IMG/VR virus record: IMGVR_UViG_3300028867_000005
Span: 1-64,000 of that record
Origin: a virus
Direction: 5' to 3' (one strand)
DNA length: 64,000 nucleotides
Shown here: positions 17,930 through 27,702 of the stretch, piece after piece
Position numbering within the stretch: the stretch's first letter is position 1
How the letters are laid out: every line of letters starts with the position of its first letter
Notes under the pieces: model-generated
Seen by the model: the letters and a program-made list of their open reading frames with translations, nothing else
Told to the model about the DNA's origin: nothing
The model's database searches: none
Made by a program: the position numbers and the translations under genes

Positions 17930-18484
17930 ATGAAAGAACTCGTTTACTTCCGCCATGAACTGTCCGGACTGACAGTCCCTGCTGTCGTTGTTTTCAACCA
18001 TTCCGGGCCGTCCGACTTCCCGCAGCTGGTCGACCTGACCGTTGACCCCACCGGTGAAGCCGAATCCCTGACCAGCATCGCCTACTACGAATCCGATATT
18101 GGCGCGCACGGGATTGCCTTTGGTGCCAAGGATTTCAGCAATCCGGCGCCCCAGGAATTGACCCCCAGCGTGGCGGCCGGCTTTGACGCCCAGGCCACGG
18201 CTGCTGCTGCCGCTCCTGCTGCTGCCGTATTCAATGGCCTGCAGCAGGCTGCCTTTGCTGGCGAACCGGAGCCTGAGGTTAATCCCGAGGACACCGTTAT
18301 CGTGGAAAGCACAACCCCTTTGGTCGACGCCGAAGCCGCCCCGGCTGGTGCCAGCACTGGTGAAAATGCTCCGGCTGCTCCGGTCGACGCCACCTATGCT
18401 GCCGCTCCCGAGCAAGCTGAAGCTGCCGCCCCTATCGCTGAACCGGCCTCAGGCGACATCGCTGACGCTGCTCCTTCCGAATAA
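17930..18484 (+). CDS. Ala/Pro/acidic low-complexity protein in a moron-like unit
   Basis: 184 aa; own promoter upstream and terminator downstream. Confidence 0.7.
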   Translation: MKELVYFRHELSGLTVPAVVVFNHSGPSDFPQLVDLTVDPTGEAESLTSIAYYESDIGAHGIAFGAKDFSNPAPQELTPSVAAGFDAQATAAAAAPAAAVFNGLQQAAFAGEPEPEVNPEDTVIVESTTPLVDAEAAPAGASTGENAPAAPVDATYAAAPEQAEAAAPIAEPASGDIADAAPSE

Positions 18485-18496
18485 TCCAGGCCAGTG

Positions 18497-18525
18497 AAAA
18501 AACCCGCTGTAATGGCGGGTTTTTT
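18497..18525. terminator. Bidirectional intrinsic terminator
   Basis: AAAAAACCCGC-TGTAATG-GCGGGTTTTTT. Confidence 0.85.
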
Positions 18526-18536
18526 GTGTCTCAAAT

Positions 18537-19484
18537 TTGATGAAACAGGACTGCTATCTTGCTATATTGGACAGGCCATATTTTTGCAACCGGAGAGAGA
18601 AATTGAACGTCGAAGCCGTACAAGAAGAAGTAGAGCCCTGCACCCATACCGAGCGCCAGGTGCTGAATGCGCAGGAAACCATCGAGATTACCCTTGCCGG
18701 CCTGCGCGCCCGCTGTTTCACGGTGCAGCAGGGTGGCGTGATCGTGTTCCGCGTGCCCGAGAGCACGTTTGAGCAGGCCCGTGCTGTCTGGCCGATCATC
18801 CAGCAGACGCTGATGCCCCACAATGTCCGCGGCCTGCTGGTGTCCAATCTGATGACCGTCGATGCGCTGGACCGCGAGGATCTGCTGCAGGCCGGCCTTA
18901 CTCGCTTTGGGGTGCCCGACGCCAACAACCTGATTGTGGCGCTGGTGCAGGCCTCCATCGGGCTGGACAACGTGCCAGTGAACGTGAAGCTCCGCGATCT
19001 GCTGTGTGCTGCTGCCGAGGCCCTGGCCACCACGAAGCATGAACAGGACGTGCTCGAGGAAAAGCTGACCAGGGCCATGACCTATGAAGACGCCGTGCTG
19101 GATCCGTCCGAGCTGGTGACCCGCCGGGCCTGCCATAAGCAGTTGGCCAGCATCTACGAGCGCACGAAGGCCTACTTCATCGCCATCACGCAGCCCGGCA
19201 ACGAGGCGCAGGATATCGGTGACCGCTTCACTGCCATGCGCAAGCAGTCCCTCTTCGCGCGCCGGTTCCTGCTGGATACGCTGATTCAGGAAGTCAACGG
19301 CGAGGCCCTGGGCCAGCCTTACGGCCTGTTGCAGACCATGATGCTGTACATCGACCACATCCTGTCTGCCCTGAACAACAATGACCGCAACCAGATCAGC
19401 ATGGCCATGCAGGCGATGCGCGAAACCATGCTGAACGTGGAAAAGTACCTGAAGACCACGAAAGAAGAGGACATTCAGCATTGA
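18537..19484 (+). CDS. Hypothetical helical protein (true start probably TTG near 18603)
   Basis: Long ORF with phage-like codon usage; GGAGAG SD before TTG. Confidence 0.7.
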   Translation: MMKQDCYLAILDRPYFCNRREKLNVEAVQEEVEPCTHTERQVLNAQETIEITLAGLRARCFTVQQGGVIVFRVPESTFEQARAVWPIIQQTLMPHNVRGLLVSNLMTVDALDREDLLQAGLTRFGVPDANNLIVALVQASIGLDNVPVNVKLRDLLCAAAEALATTKHEQDVLEEKLTRAMTYEDAVLDPSELVTRRACHKQLASIYERTKAYFIAITQPGNEAQDIGDRFTAMRKQSLFARRFLLDTLIQEVNGEALGQPYGLLQTMMLYIDHILSALNNNDRNQISMAMQAMRETMLNVEKYLKTTKEEDIQH

Positions 19485-19694
19485 GTGGCCGCGACATGGA
19501 GGCAATGTCACTGGCCGGCCTGATCGGCGGCCGCGACCTGCGGGCAGCGATCCGCTCTGTGCGCTCCACTACCCCGCCGCGGAAGGAAGTACGCGAGGGT
19601 GCGTGGAGAAACGACATTTACCGGCTGGCCATGGCCGCCATAAAACCGATAGAGGTATCTCATCTGGAATAACCCTGATTCTACTGCCGCCTAC

Positions 19695-19707
19695 GTGACA
19701 CTACAGT
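19695..19707 (+). promoter_or_regulatory. Putative late promoter GKGAC-N2-YANNNT (portal)
   Basis: GTGAC-AC-TACAGT; the same motif precedes six other morphogenesis genes. Confidence 0.6.
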
Positions 19708-19726
19708 AGGCGGCAGGAGAGCATCT

Positions 19727-21652
19727 ATGTCCAAAACCCCCAATGATTCTGTTGAAGGAACTGCCTTTAATCAGGCAGCGCCCCTGGCTGAGCGCACGGA
19801 AGCGCTGGGCATCATGCAGAAGTCGTTTGCCCCGAAAGGTATCCGCGACCTGATCATGCCGCCGGATGAACTGGCACCCGTCATCGACTTCATCACTCAG
19901 CGGATGGAGGACGATGCGGTCAATAAGTCGCTGAACTACGGCAATATCATCCCTTTTCCCTCGCGCAACGCGGCTACCCATGCCCGCGGAATGCAGTCCG
20001 TGCAGTTGGACGAGTACCAGGTATCGGTGCAGGGCGACTTCTGGGAGCGGCCATCGCTGCTGAATTTTGAAAGCCTGCGCGCCATGGTCGACCAGACGCC
20101 GGTGCTGAATGCCGTCATCATGACCCGCCAGCGCCAGATAAGCCGGTTTTGCCGGGTGCAGGAATCCGGCGAGGGGCCGGGCTTCACTGTCCGCCACGTC
20201 GACAAAGAGCACCAGGTTACGGACACGGAGCAGGAGAGCATCAAGCTCCTGAATCGGTTCGTGACCAACTGCGGGTGGGAGTTCAATGCGCGCGAACGCA
20301 AGCGCCTGAAGCGTGATAATTTCAGTGCCTTCATGGCAAAGCTGACCCGCGACACGCTGACCTTCGATGCCATGGCCATCGAAACCGAAATGAAGCGGGA
20401 TAAGAAGCTGGGCATTGACGGCCTATATGCCGTCGACGGGGGCACCATTCGCCTCTGTGTGGAGGCCGGCTACCAGGGCCGCGACGAAATCACCAGTCTC
20501 CAGTTCGTGAACGGGAAGATCCGCGCGCTCTATACCTTTGATGACCTGATTTATGAGGTCCGCAACCCGCGTACCGACGTGCGCGCCTGCGGCTACGGCT
20601 ACAGCGAGACGGAGGTGCTGATTCGCGTGGTCACTGGCTTCCTGAACGCCATGACCTACAACATCAAGGGCTTCGACAGCAACGCCATCCCTCGCGGGAT
20701 GCTCCACCTGCGCGGCGAATACGCCAGCACGGACATTGATGCCTTCAAGCGCTACTGGAACAGCATGGTCAAGGGCATAAACAATGCCTGGACGCTGCCT
20801 GTCATGGTCAGCAGGGACGCGGACAGCGCCGCCTCCTTCGAGAGCTTTGGCGAGCAGTTCAACGAAATGTACTTTGCCAAGTGGATGTCGTTTCTCACCT
20901 CGATCATCTGCGCCATTTACGGCATGTCGCCGTCTGAAATCAATTTTGATAGCTTCTCGGGCGGCAATACCTCATCTCTGTCCGGTAGCGACACCGAGGC
21001 CAAGCTCGAGGACAGCAAGGACAAGGGTCTGCTCCCGCTGCTGTCTTTCTACGAAAACACTTTGACCGACTATGTGCTGTCGGCCTTCGGTGACAAGTTC
21101 GTGTTCCGCTTCACGGGTCTTGACGAGGAAGATCAGCAGGCCCGGCAGGAAATGCGCAAGCTGGTCCTGACCGTGAACGAGGCGCGCGCGCAGGAGGGAT
21201 TTGACGCCATGCCGGGCCCGGTGGGGGATGCCCCGCTGAATCCATCGTTGATCGCTCTGTATACGCAGACCATCACGCAGGACCAGGGCGATGAGCCGGG
21301 CGAGAAAGAGGACTTTGGAACGCCGCCACCGGATGGCGGTCAGGACGTGGCCGGAGGCCAATCAGCCCAGGATGGGCAGGGGGCTCCGCAGGGTAGCGGC
21401 GCACCGGGAAAAGGGACATCAGGCACGGATGCCTCTAATTTTTCTCAGCCAGGCCACGCGCCGGCCGCGCAGCAGCAGGGTGGCCGTCAGCCACCGGAGC
21501 AGCCCGATATCGCCACCGGCGCCGCCGGGTCTGAAGGCGATGAAAGCGGAAAGGCCGCAGCGCCCACGGAAGCTCTTGACTTCGGCAAGCAGGATGACGA
21601 AGAGGAAGACTTCGGCAAATCCTTCGGCCTGAACATTTACACGGTAGAGTGA
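19727..21652 (+). CDS. Portal protein
   Basis: Downstream of terminase; YGYSETE, F..NAIPRGML, ICAIYGMSPSEI and TVNEARA motifs; acidic disordered C-terminus. Confidence 0.88.
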   Translation: MSKTPNDSVEGTAFNQAAPLAERTEALGIMQKSFAPKGIRDLIMPPDELAPVIDFITQRMEDDAVNKSLNYGNIIPFPSRNAATHARGMQSVQLDEYQVSVQGDFWERPSLLNFESLRAMVDQTPVLNAVIMTRQRQISRFCRVQESGEGPGFTVRHVDKEHQVTDTEQESIKLLNRFVTNCGWEFNARERKRLKRDNFSAFMAKLTRDTLTFDAMAIETEMKRDKKLGIDGLYAVDGGTIRLCVEAGYQGRDEITSLQFVNGKIRALYTFDDLIYEVRNPRTDVRACGYGYSETEVLIRVVTGFLNAMTYNIKGFDSNAIPRGMLHLRGEYASTDIDAFKRYWNSMVKGINNAWTLPVMVSRDADSAASFESFGEQFNEMYFAKWMSFLTSIICAIYGMSPSEINFDSFSGGNTSSLSGSDTEAKLEDSKDKGLLPLLSFYENTLTDYVLSAFGDKFVFRFTGLDEEDQQARQEMRKLVLTVNEARAQEGFDAMPGPVGDAPLNPSLIALYTQTITQDQGDEPGEKEDFGTPPPDGGQDVAGGQSAQDGQGAPQGSGAPGKGTSGTDASNFSQPGHAPAAQQQGGRQPPEQPDIATGAAGSEGDESGKAAAPTEALDFGKQDDEEEDFGKSFGLNIYTVE

Positions 21653-23175
21653 CCATGCGGAAAGTGCTGAAGCCTGAGCCGGCAAAAAAGACGGCGCCAC
21701 CCAAGCCCGTTGAGCAGCCGCCTGATGTACAGCCGGGCGATAGCGTCTATTTCAGCCACCCTGAAAATGGCCCGATGTACGGCGCCGTCGTGTGCAAGGG
21801 CGTGCACGGCATGAAGGTGCGGGATGACGGCGGCACGCATCATGACGTGCACTGGGACCGTTTCCTGGGGCACCGTCAGCGGATGCAAAAGCGCTTCAAC
21901 ATTATTGATCACGGGGAAGACGGCGCCATCGCTCACGATGAGGACGGTAAAAAGGTTTTTGTCCGTGGGCAGATACCGGACCCATCGGGGGATGAAATGC
22001 CTACGTTTGAAAAGGCGCTTTTTTTCAAGGCCATGGACAAGAGCAAGCTCCAGCAGAAAACCATTACCGATAAAAACGGGGTGCAGTCAAAGCGCTGGGT
22101 CAGCAACGGACAGCCACCCCCTGTGCACCCTGTCGGTACGCATGTGAAGTTTCAAATGGGCTCGATGGCTGGCCAGGGCCACGTCACAGCTGCTGGCAAG
22201 CATGGCGGGCACGTCAAGGACGAAACAGGATTTGAGCACAAGGTAAAGTGGGGCCAGGTTACGCACCATGAGCAGGATGGGCCTGCCGATGGCGAGCAGG
22301 CGCCCGATAAGTTTGACGCTGCGGCATTTGCCAAGCTGCATGACCAGGCTGACGTATCGGTCGCATCGGTGCTGGCCGGATTCCCGGAAGACACCAAGGC
22401 CAAGATTGACAATGTGGAGGCCAAACTCAAAGGAGTGAAGCCGACTATCGAGTTATTCAAGAAGGACGGCAAATACACCCCGGAGCGTTTAGCGCTGCAC
22501 CAGACCATCATTGACAAGTTCCTAAGCCCTGAAAAGATTGCCGCCGCCCGCCCAGCCGATGGGACGCCTCCCTCGTTCACCATCCTGGGCGGTCGTGGTG
22601 GCAGTGGAAAAAGCAGCTTCAAGAACACGGTTTATGACCCAGGCAAGGCCGTGGTGCTGGACGCCGATGAAATCAAGCACATGCTGCCGGAGTACAAGGG
22701 GTGGAATGCCTTCGAGGTTCATGACGAGAGCGGGGATCTGTTCGATAAGATCACGGACCTGGCCAAGACCAATGGCCTGAACATCGTGCACGATGCCACC
22801 ATGAAGACGCCGGACAAGGCTGTATCGCTGGTGCACGGCTTCAAGTCGAGCGGGTACTCCGTGGCAGCCCACTACATGCATCTGCCCCGTCAGGAGGCCG
22901 CCAAGCGCGCCGTAGGGCGTTTCCTTGGGGGTGGCAATGAGGGCCGGTATGTCCCTGTCGACGTGGTACTGGGCAATACCAAGAACGAGCAGTCCTTTGA
23001 TGCCATCAAGCCACTGGTCGATGCCTGGTCTTTCCGCGACAACAACGTGCCCCGCGGCCAGCCGCCCAAGCTGATTGCGCAGTCCAAGGGCAAAACGACA
23101 GCTGCGCCGGCTGGCAAGCCCATGCACAAGGCGCTCGATGGTGCTATCATTGTGTTTCAGAGGAAAAATCCATGA
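21649..23175 (+). CDS. Multidomain protein with C-terminal zeta-toxin-like P-loop kinase
   Basis: ILGGRGGSGKS Walker A, LDADEIK, VHDES, NIVHDAT, RA..RF...GRYVP; two SH3-like N-terminal segments. Confidence 0.8.
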   Translation: MTMRKVLKPEPAKKTAPPKPVEQPPDVQPGDSVYFSHPENGPMYGAVVCKGVHGMKVRDDGGTHHDVHWDRFLGHRQRMQKRFNIIDHGEDGAIAHDEDGKKVFVRGQIPDPSGDEMPTFEKALFFKAMDKSKLQQKTITDKNGVQSKRWVSNGQPPPVHPVGTHVKFQMGSMAGQGHVTAAGKHGGHVKDETGFEHKVKWGQVTHHEQDGPADGEQAPDKFDAAAFAKLHDQADVSVASVLAGFPEDTKAKIDNVEAKLKGVKPTIELFKKDGKYTPERLALHQTIIDKFLSPEKIAAARPADGTPPSFTILGGRGGSGKSSFKNTVYDPGKAVVLDADEIKHMLPEYKGWNAFEVHDESGDLFDKITDLAKTNGLNIVHDATMKTPDKAVSLVHGFKSSGYSVAAHYMHLPRQEAAKRAVGRFLGGGNEGRYVPVDVVLGNTKNEQSFDAIKPLVDAWSFRDNNVPRGQPPKLIAQSKGKTTAAPAGKPMHKALDGAIIVFQRKNP

Positions 23176-23339
23176 GCAAAGAGCAGGGTGCAAAGCCCAA
23201 CAATGATGGGGTGACGGAAGATCCGGCAGAGCGCGAAAACCCTGACGCCTTCGACTACGAGGATTGCCGACCGCTCCAGTCGGGGGATAAGACGGGCATC
23301 ACGCTCTCTGACGAGTTCATGGCCCGCTTCAAGCGCTAA
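23172..23339 (+). CDS. Small acidic protein (55 aa), candidate partner/antitoxin of the zeta-like kinase
   Basis: Not in the track; ATGA overlap with the kinase stop, AGGA SD, ends at the terminator. Confidence 0.55.
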   Translation: MSKEQGAKPNNDGVTEDPAERENPDAFDYEDCRPLQSGDKTGITLSDEFMARFKR

Positions 23340-23366
23340 AAAAACCCCGGACATGCCGGGGTTTTT
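23338..23366. terminator. Bidirectional intrinsic terminator
   Basis: A7-CCCCGG-ACATG-CCGGGG-T5 between convergent gene blocks. Confidence 0.85.
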
Positions 23367-23415
23367 CTTGTGTTCCTGTCAGCCGCATGCGGCCATCATT
23401 AGGTCATCGACCAAA

Positions 23416-23444
23416 GGTTCCCCCGCGCTCGCGGGGATAGGCCC
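23416..23444 (+). CRISPR. Solitary type I-E-like CRISPR repeat (not an array)
   Basis: 29-nt GGTTCCCCCGCGCTCGCGGGGATAGGCCC has the length, CCCCGC-N4-GCGGGG hairpin and 8-nt AT-initiated handle of I-E repeats (cf. E. coli GTGTTCCCCGCGCCAGCGGGGATAAACCG). Confidence 0.7.
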
Positions 23445-23452
23445 AAGTGTGC

Positions 23453-23908
23453 TCATGGCTGCACCTCGCCGCACCATTTGTCCAGCAACTCATCAAAAGG
23501 TACGCCGCTGCTGATGTTGGCCCGGAATAGGTCGGCAAACTGCGGCACGTTCATTTTGCGCATCTTCTCGTACCTGGCATGGCTTATTGTCAGCCGCTCC
23601 ACTTCCCCGATCAGGGCCAGGATTGCGGCGGGGTTGGCGAGGGCGATGTATTCAGAGTCACATTCAGGCCAAGAAAGGCTGGTTTCGCTGAATCTGACAA
23701 AATCACCGTCTATGCTCGCGGCACAAACTGCGCTTACCAATCCGCCGGGGACGCGGTGGGATATTGACGCGATTGGGGTAACTGGACTGCCATCTGCGCA
23801 GCGTAATTTCCGCATTTCATTTTTCCCGGCAAAAATATAGGCCCAAGGCCCCGGCGTTGCTTTTTCCGCCGCCGCCTTCAGTGCTGAAATCTGGTCAGGG
23901 GTCATCAT
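23453..23908 (-). CDS. Ead/Ea22-like protein
   Basis: LKAAAEKATPGPW...YIALANPAAILALIGEVERL. Confidence 0.75.
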   Translation of the reverse strand: MMTPDQISALKAAAEKATPGPWAYIFAGKNEMRKLRCADGSPVTPIASISHRVPGGLVSAVCAASIDGDFVRFSETSLSWPECDSEYIALANPAAILALIGEVERLTISHARYEKMRKMNVPQFADLFRANISSGVPFDELLDKWCGEVQP

Positions 23909-24186
23909 GGCTTGCGTTCTCCTATCAATTTTGTCAGCACTGCGCCAGTCTGGTGGATGGCGTCAACGCGATTCTTGTACGGGCCTTTGTACGGCAGGCC
24001 GGCAGCAGTGTCCATGTCGGCGTGGGCTTCATGCCAAGCGCCAATGGCGCCCCAGATGGCGTTAACGTCACGGGCATCATGTGCTGCCAGCGCCTCGCGC
24101 AGCGTGTGTGCTTCTGCATTCATGCAGCCCTGCGGAAAGTATGCATTCAGCAAGGCCCGCGCCGCTTCGGCAAGCTGGTCAGTCAT
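23905..24186 (-). CDS. Hypothetical protein
   Basis: Overlapping start/stop chain in the inverted cassette. Confidence 0.55.
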   Translation of the reverse strand: MTDQLAEAARALLNAYFPQGCMNAEAHTLREALAAHDARDVNAIWGAIGAWHEAHADMDTAAGLPYKGPYKNRVDAIHQTGAVLTKLIGERKP

Positions 24187-24496
24187 GGCCTTGCTCCTTT
24201 CGAGAAATGCCTATCTCAGTTGCCGCCTCGTAAAGCGCTTTCCAGCGCTCGGCAGACATTCTTTCTTCGGGGAAGTGCCGGATTCCGCAGCAAGCACAAT
24301 TTATTGTGTGCTCGTAAAACACCACAAAAGGTAAAAGCGCATTTCGCAACATGGCAAGCTGGTACTCGTATTCCTTTTTCTGGTAGGCTGCGCCGGATAG
24401 ATAGTGCCTGGCAATGCCCCGCATGGATTCAGGGCTATATTCCACCTCAACGCTTGCATATTCATTCGCTCTAGCTTGTGCCTTAGTCGTCATCAC
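24179..24496 (-). CDS. Hypothetical protein
   Basis: Overlapping start/stop chain; GGAGG SD. Confidence 0.55.
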   Translation of the reverse strand: MMTTKAQARANEYASVEVEYSPESMRGIARHYLSGAAYQKKEYEYQLAMLRNALLPFVVFYEHTINCACCGIRHFPEERMSAERWKALYEAATEIGISRKEQGHD

Positions 24497-24846
24497 CCCA
24501 CCTCCTTCTTCATCGCATCCAGCACCGCGTCAAGCGGCGTGGGGCCGCTGCCTTGCGCGGACATGTCACCCTTAGTCGTCAAGTTAACAACATAGCATTT
24601 GTACGGCTCTAAATTAATCCGCTCAAAAATGACCCGCTTGGCTTTCGCATATCCGTTTTCCAGCAGCCACTCCAGCGCCCGCTCTTTTTCTTCGAGGGCG
24701 GCGATTTTATTGGCTATTTCAGCTTTGATAATATTCGCCCTTGCCGCCTCTTCGCCACACAGTCCGAAGTTGCAGCCTTCCAGCGCCACCCCGGAGCCTC
24801 TGCAGCGCGTACCGTACTGCTCAACCAACTCCGTAATCTTGCTCAC
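24493..24846 (-). CDS. Hypothetical protein
   Basis: GTG start at 24846 overlapping the upstream stop. Confidence 0.5.
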   Translation of the reverse strand: MSKITELVEQYGTRCRGSGVALEGCNFGLCGEEAARANIIKAEIANKIAALEEKERALEWLLENGYAKAKRVIFERINLEPYKCYVVNLTTKGDMSAQGSGPTPLDAVLDAMKKEVG

Positions 24847-25163
24847 GTCCCTACTCCTGCGCCATCTTCTACCCACGAAAACTCGGCGACCGGGAAATGG
24901 GCGCGGCAACCAACGCAAAAAGTGCCACTGTAGAAAAATGGGTCTCTTGCGTATGTTTCGCACAGCGCCAGTCCCATTTTTGTCTCGGTTCCACACTTTG
25001 AATGGATGTAGGCCCGACGAAGTGGGCGAATAAACCCCTTGGCGCGTTCTTCCGGTGTCAGCACTACATACGCCTTTTGCATCCCGGTGGCAGGGTCTAT
25101 CTCTCTGTGGTCTGGTGTCACTGGTCTGCCGTCAGTAAGACATGTTTTAGTCTCGTTTTGCAT
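24843..25163 (-). CDS. Conserved phage zinc-binding protein
   Basis: GMQKAYVVLTPEERAKGFIRPLR..Y.H.KCG...TYARDP.FY..TFC..C. Confidence 0.7.
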   Translation of the reverse strand: MQNETKTCLTDGRPVTPDHREIDPATGMQKAYVVLTPEERAKGFIRPLRRAYIHSKCGTETKMGLALCETYARDPFFYSGTFCVGCRAHFPVAEFSWVEDGAGVGT

Positions 25164-25352
25164 TTTCACACTCCGTATTAGCGGCTTCGATGATGGGCGA
25201 AAGATCAGACACCCATTCGTATTCGACTTTGAGCAAAACGTAATCCTTGGTAATGCCGGGATGTTGCGTGTAGACCCGCTTTGCTCGATCAAGATGCTTT
25301 ATGAAGATTCCCAGTTTCCACCCATCAATCATAACAGCGGCTTTTTTAGCCA

Positions 25353-26132
25353 TCACTCACCCCCTGCCGCATCTTGGCCGGCCATTGCGGCGTCGATTGC
25401 TGCTTCGACCATTTCGATGGTTTTGTTAACGCAGCCGTTGCCGAAAAAGTCGATTACCAAACTTACTTCATAGTGCTTGCGTAGCCACTGATACCGCCGC
25501 GCATCCTTCACATCTGCCGCCGTGATGGTGGTGCACAAGCTTTCATCGGTCATGGAGTGTCGAAGTGCCACTTGAAGCCACGGTGCGTAGTTCTGCGCCA
25601 GCAACGTATCCTTTACGGCTTTTGCATCCCATTCCAGCGGACTAGTTACAGTCATGAGCCATTCCTTCCCGTTGAACACGTCCCATAGGGCACATACCAT
25701 CTCGGGATATTCCGGCAGCACCACCACGCACCGGTTCGCCTCAAGATCAGCGATGCGCTTGCTAAGTCTGCCTATTTCGCCCTGTTTATCGTCGCACTTG
25801 TACGCCTCGATATACGCCACGTAACCGTGTGCCCGATGGCAGACAACGTGCATGGTTCCTGCCAGCGTTTTCTCGCCGCGCAGTAGCTGGGTGTCGGCAG
25901 GAAGTTTCAGTTTTTCTCTGATCCACCGGGCTTCGTATTCCAACTCAGCGATACGCGCCTGCAAGGCGTCGATCTCGGGCTGGCGCAATTTCCAAGCCTT
26001 CCACGCACCGCGCAGCCAGTGGTCGCAGTAGCCTTCCGGCCCTGCGTCGCGCTCGTTGTTGAAGAACGTAGTCGAGACGTACCCGACAGCCACAAGTGCC
26101 GCCTCAAACTCCGCCCGCATCTTCTCGCTCAT
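25353..26132 (-). CDS. Mosaic phage accessory protein
   Basis: MRAEFEA...W.AW N-terminus and KDARRYQWLR...IDAAM C-terminus, common in lambdoid accessory genes. Confidence 0.65.
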   Translation of the reverse strand: MSEKMRAEFEAALVAVGYVSTTFFNNERDAGPEGYCDHWLRGAWKAWKLRQPEIDALQARIAELEYEARWIREKLKLPADTQLLRGEKTLAGTMHVVCHRAHGYVAYIEAYKCDDKQGEIGRLSKRIADLEANRCVVVLPEYPEMVCALWDVFNGKEWLMTVTSPLEWDAKAVKDTLLAQNYAPWLQVALRHSMTDESLCTTITAADVKDARRYQWLRKHYEVSLVIDFFGNGCVNKTIEMVEAAIDAAMAGQDAAGGE

Positions 26133-26698
26133 GATTTCACCTGTTTCAGTGCTTCGATTGCTCTTTCGAGCGCGCGCGACAGCCAGCGGATACGGTCCTT
26201 GGCAGCTGTCAGGTAGACAATCGGCATTTTTGCCTTACCGGCAATCACGTCATCCATCTTCGGATACTCATTGCCATGCATGAAGACGGCATTGGCAAGC
26301 TCGTCATCCGTCATATTGCCCAGCGAAAGCTGCGAGCGCTCACCGTCATAATGGCCTGCGTGCGGGTCTTTCTCTCCGGTCACTTTCCAGTGAGAGGATG
26401 GGGTGCTACCGCTATCAGCTAGCGGCGCAGCTTCGAGCATGGCTCTGTAGATATTTTTGGTGTCGCCGTCGCCGGTCAGTGTATGTTTCGGCAAGATAAA
26501 TACCGCGCGCAGCATCGCCTCTGTCGGCTCGACCGGCACAATCCGATGTGTTGCCATGTTTATGGCAGAGTCCCGCAGCCGCTCCAACTCATCGATCAGA
26601 GCAAGCAGTTCTTCCGGGGTAATAATGACGATTTTTGGATTAGAACGAAGCCCACTGTTTGCAATGCGCCGCAGCGATTCAATCTTATCGTGGGTCAT
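26129..26698 (-). CDS. Mosaic Eaa/Ead-like accessory protein
   Basis: VPVEPTEAML...IYRAMLEAAP and AAKDRIRWLSR motifs. Confidence 0.65.
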   Translation of the reverse strand: MTHDKIESLRRIANSGLRSNPKIVIITPEELLALIDELERLRDSAINMATHRIVPVEPTEAMLRAVFILPKHTLTGDGDTKNIYRAMLEAAPLADSGSTPSSHWKVTGEKDPHAGHYDGERSQLSLGNMTDDELANAVFMHGNEYPKMDDVIAGKAKMPIVYLTAAKDRIRWLSRALERAIEALKQVKS

Positions 26699-27702
26699 GA
26701 CTTTACTCCTTCCATCTGCCGAACCCCTGCAAAAGCCACCATGCGCTTATAGATATCCTTGATCGTAGTCCAGGGGATATCCTTCTTGTTGGTCACCGTG
26801 CCTTCGTTGTCGCAGGTGGTGCAGGCCGTCTGCGAGAGGCCATCGTCAACGAAGCCGGAGCCGCCGCAGTCCTGACACTCTTCGTCAACATCGACATGAA
26901 ACTCGCCGATGCACTCCCGCTTCATTTTGTTGGTCACGTCGGCATCGCCGTTCGCGCGAATCAAAACGGCTTTGGCTTTCCATCCCTTGGGTATGGCAGC
27001 CTGCATCTTAATAAAGGCCTGCAGGAAGCGGGATGCGTAGGCCGTGGTCGATTCGACGGTGTTGTAGGCATCATCTTCATGGCCAACAGCGATGGTCTTC
27101 TCATAACCCAGCAAGGAATTCGCTGTATCTGCAATATCGCCGAGTTCAAAGCCTTCAGGAAGCACCATAAGCGCTTCTCTTTTTTCCGTTAACTGTTCGG
27201 TCAATATTTTCACGCTATCAGTGGCTTGCTTATCGCGCATAATCATCCAGTCACGAACAGCATTTACTGATTCAGCAGTTCCATAAACGTAAAGGCCGCT
27301 TTCGCTTTCACCAACCTCAAGACGATTGACCGTTGTTGTCCATCCATCAGGAACGACGATACCCATAGCCGTCATGGCCAGCGTGAAAAACCGGTCAAAA
27401 AACTTCGGAACCATGGTTTCATATTCAGGCCGGCCGCTGACAGGAAAACCCAATTCCGTATCAAGATGATCAGTCAGGGCCTGCGTGCCATCGTGTACCG
27501 CATGCCATGCCTCGTCGAAGTCAAGACGCACGCTGTCGGTATCTCCGCCATGGATGGCCGCCACCATGAAACGGCAGAGCTGATCGTGCATATGCGCCTT
27601 GAGCGCTCCATCCTCGCGGCCGTCAGCATTGGAAATCAGATACTGCGTACAATCGCGCTCGAGGGCGGCCCAGCAGGCATTTTTCAGGTAGGTGAGGCTC
27701 AT
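26695..27702 (-). CDS. Hypothetical protein with C-terminal CxxCxGxG zinc finger
   Basis: ECQDCGGSG...CTTCDNEG; WTTIKDIYK. Confidence 0.65.
   Translation of the reverse strand: MSLTYLKNACWAALERDCTQYLISNADGREDGALKAHMHDQLCRFMVAAIHGGDTDSVRLDFDEAWHAVHDGTQALTDHLDTELGFPVSGRPEYETMVPKFFDRFFTLAMTAMGIVVPDGWTTTVNRLEVGESESGLYVYGTAESVNAVRDWMIMRDKQATDSVKILTEQLTEKREALMVLPEGFELGDIADTANSLLGYEKTIAVGHEDDAYNTVESTTAYASRFLQAFIKMQAAIPKGWKAKAVLIRANGDADVTNKMKRECIGEFHVDVDEECQDCGGSGFVDDGLSQTACTTCDNEGTVTNKKDIPWTTIKDIYKRMVAFAGVRQMEGVKS

Noticed and set aside
23338-23444. Terminator hairpin plus solitary repeat read as a two-repeat mini CRISPR array
   Set aside because: The spacing is 76 nt, not about 61, and the first hairpin has A/T tails typical of a terminator
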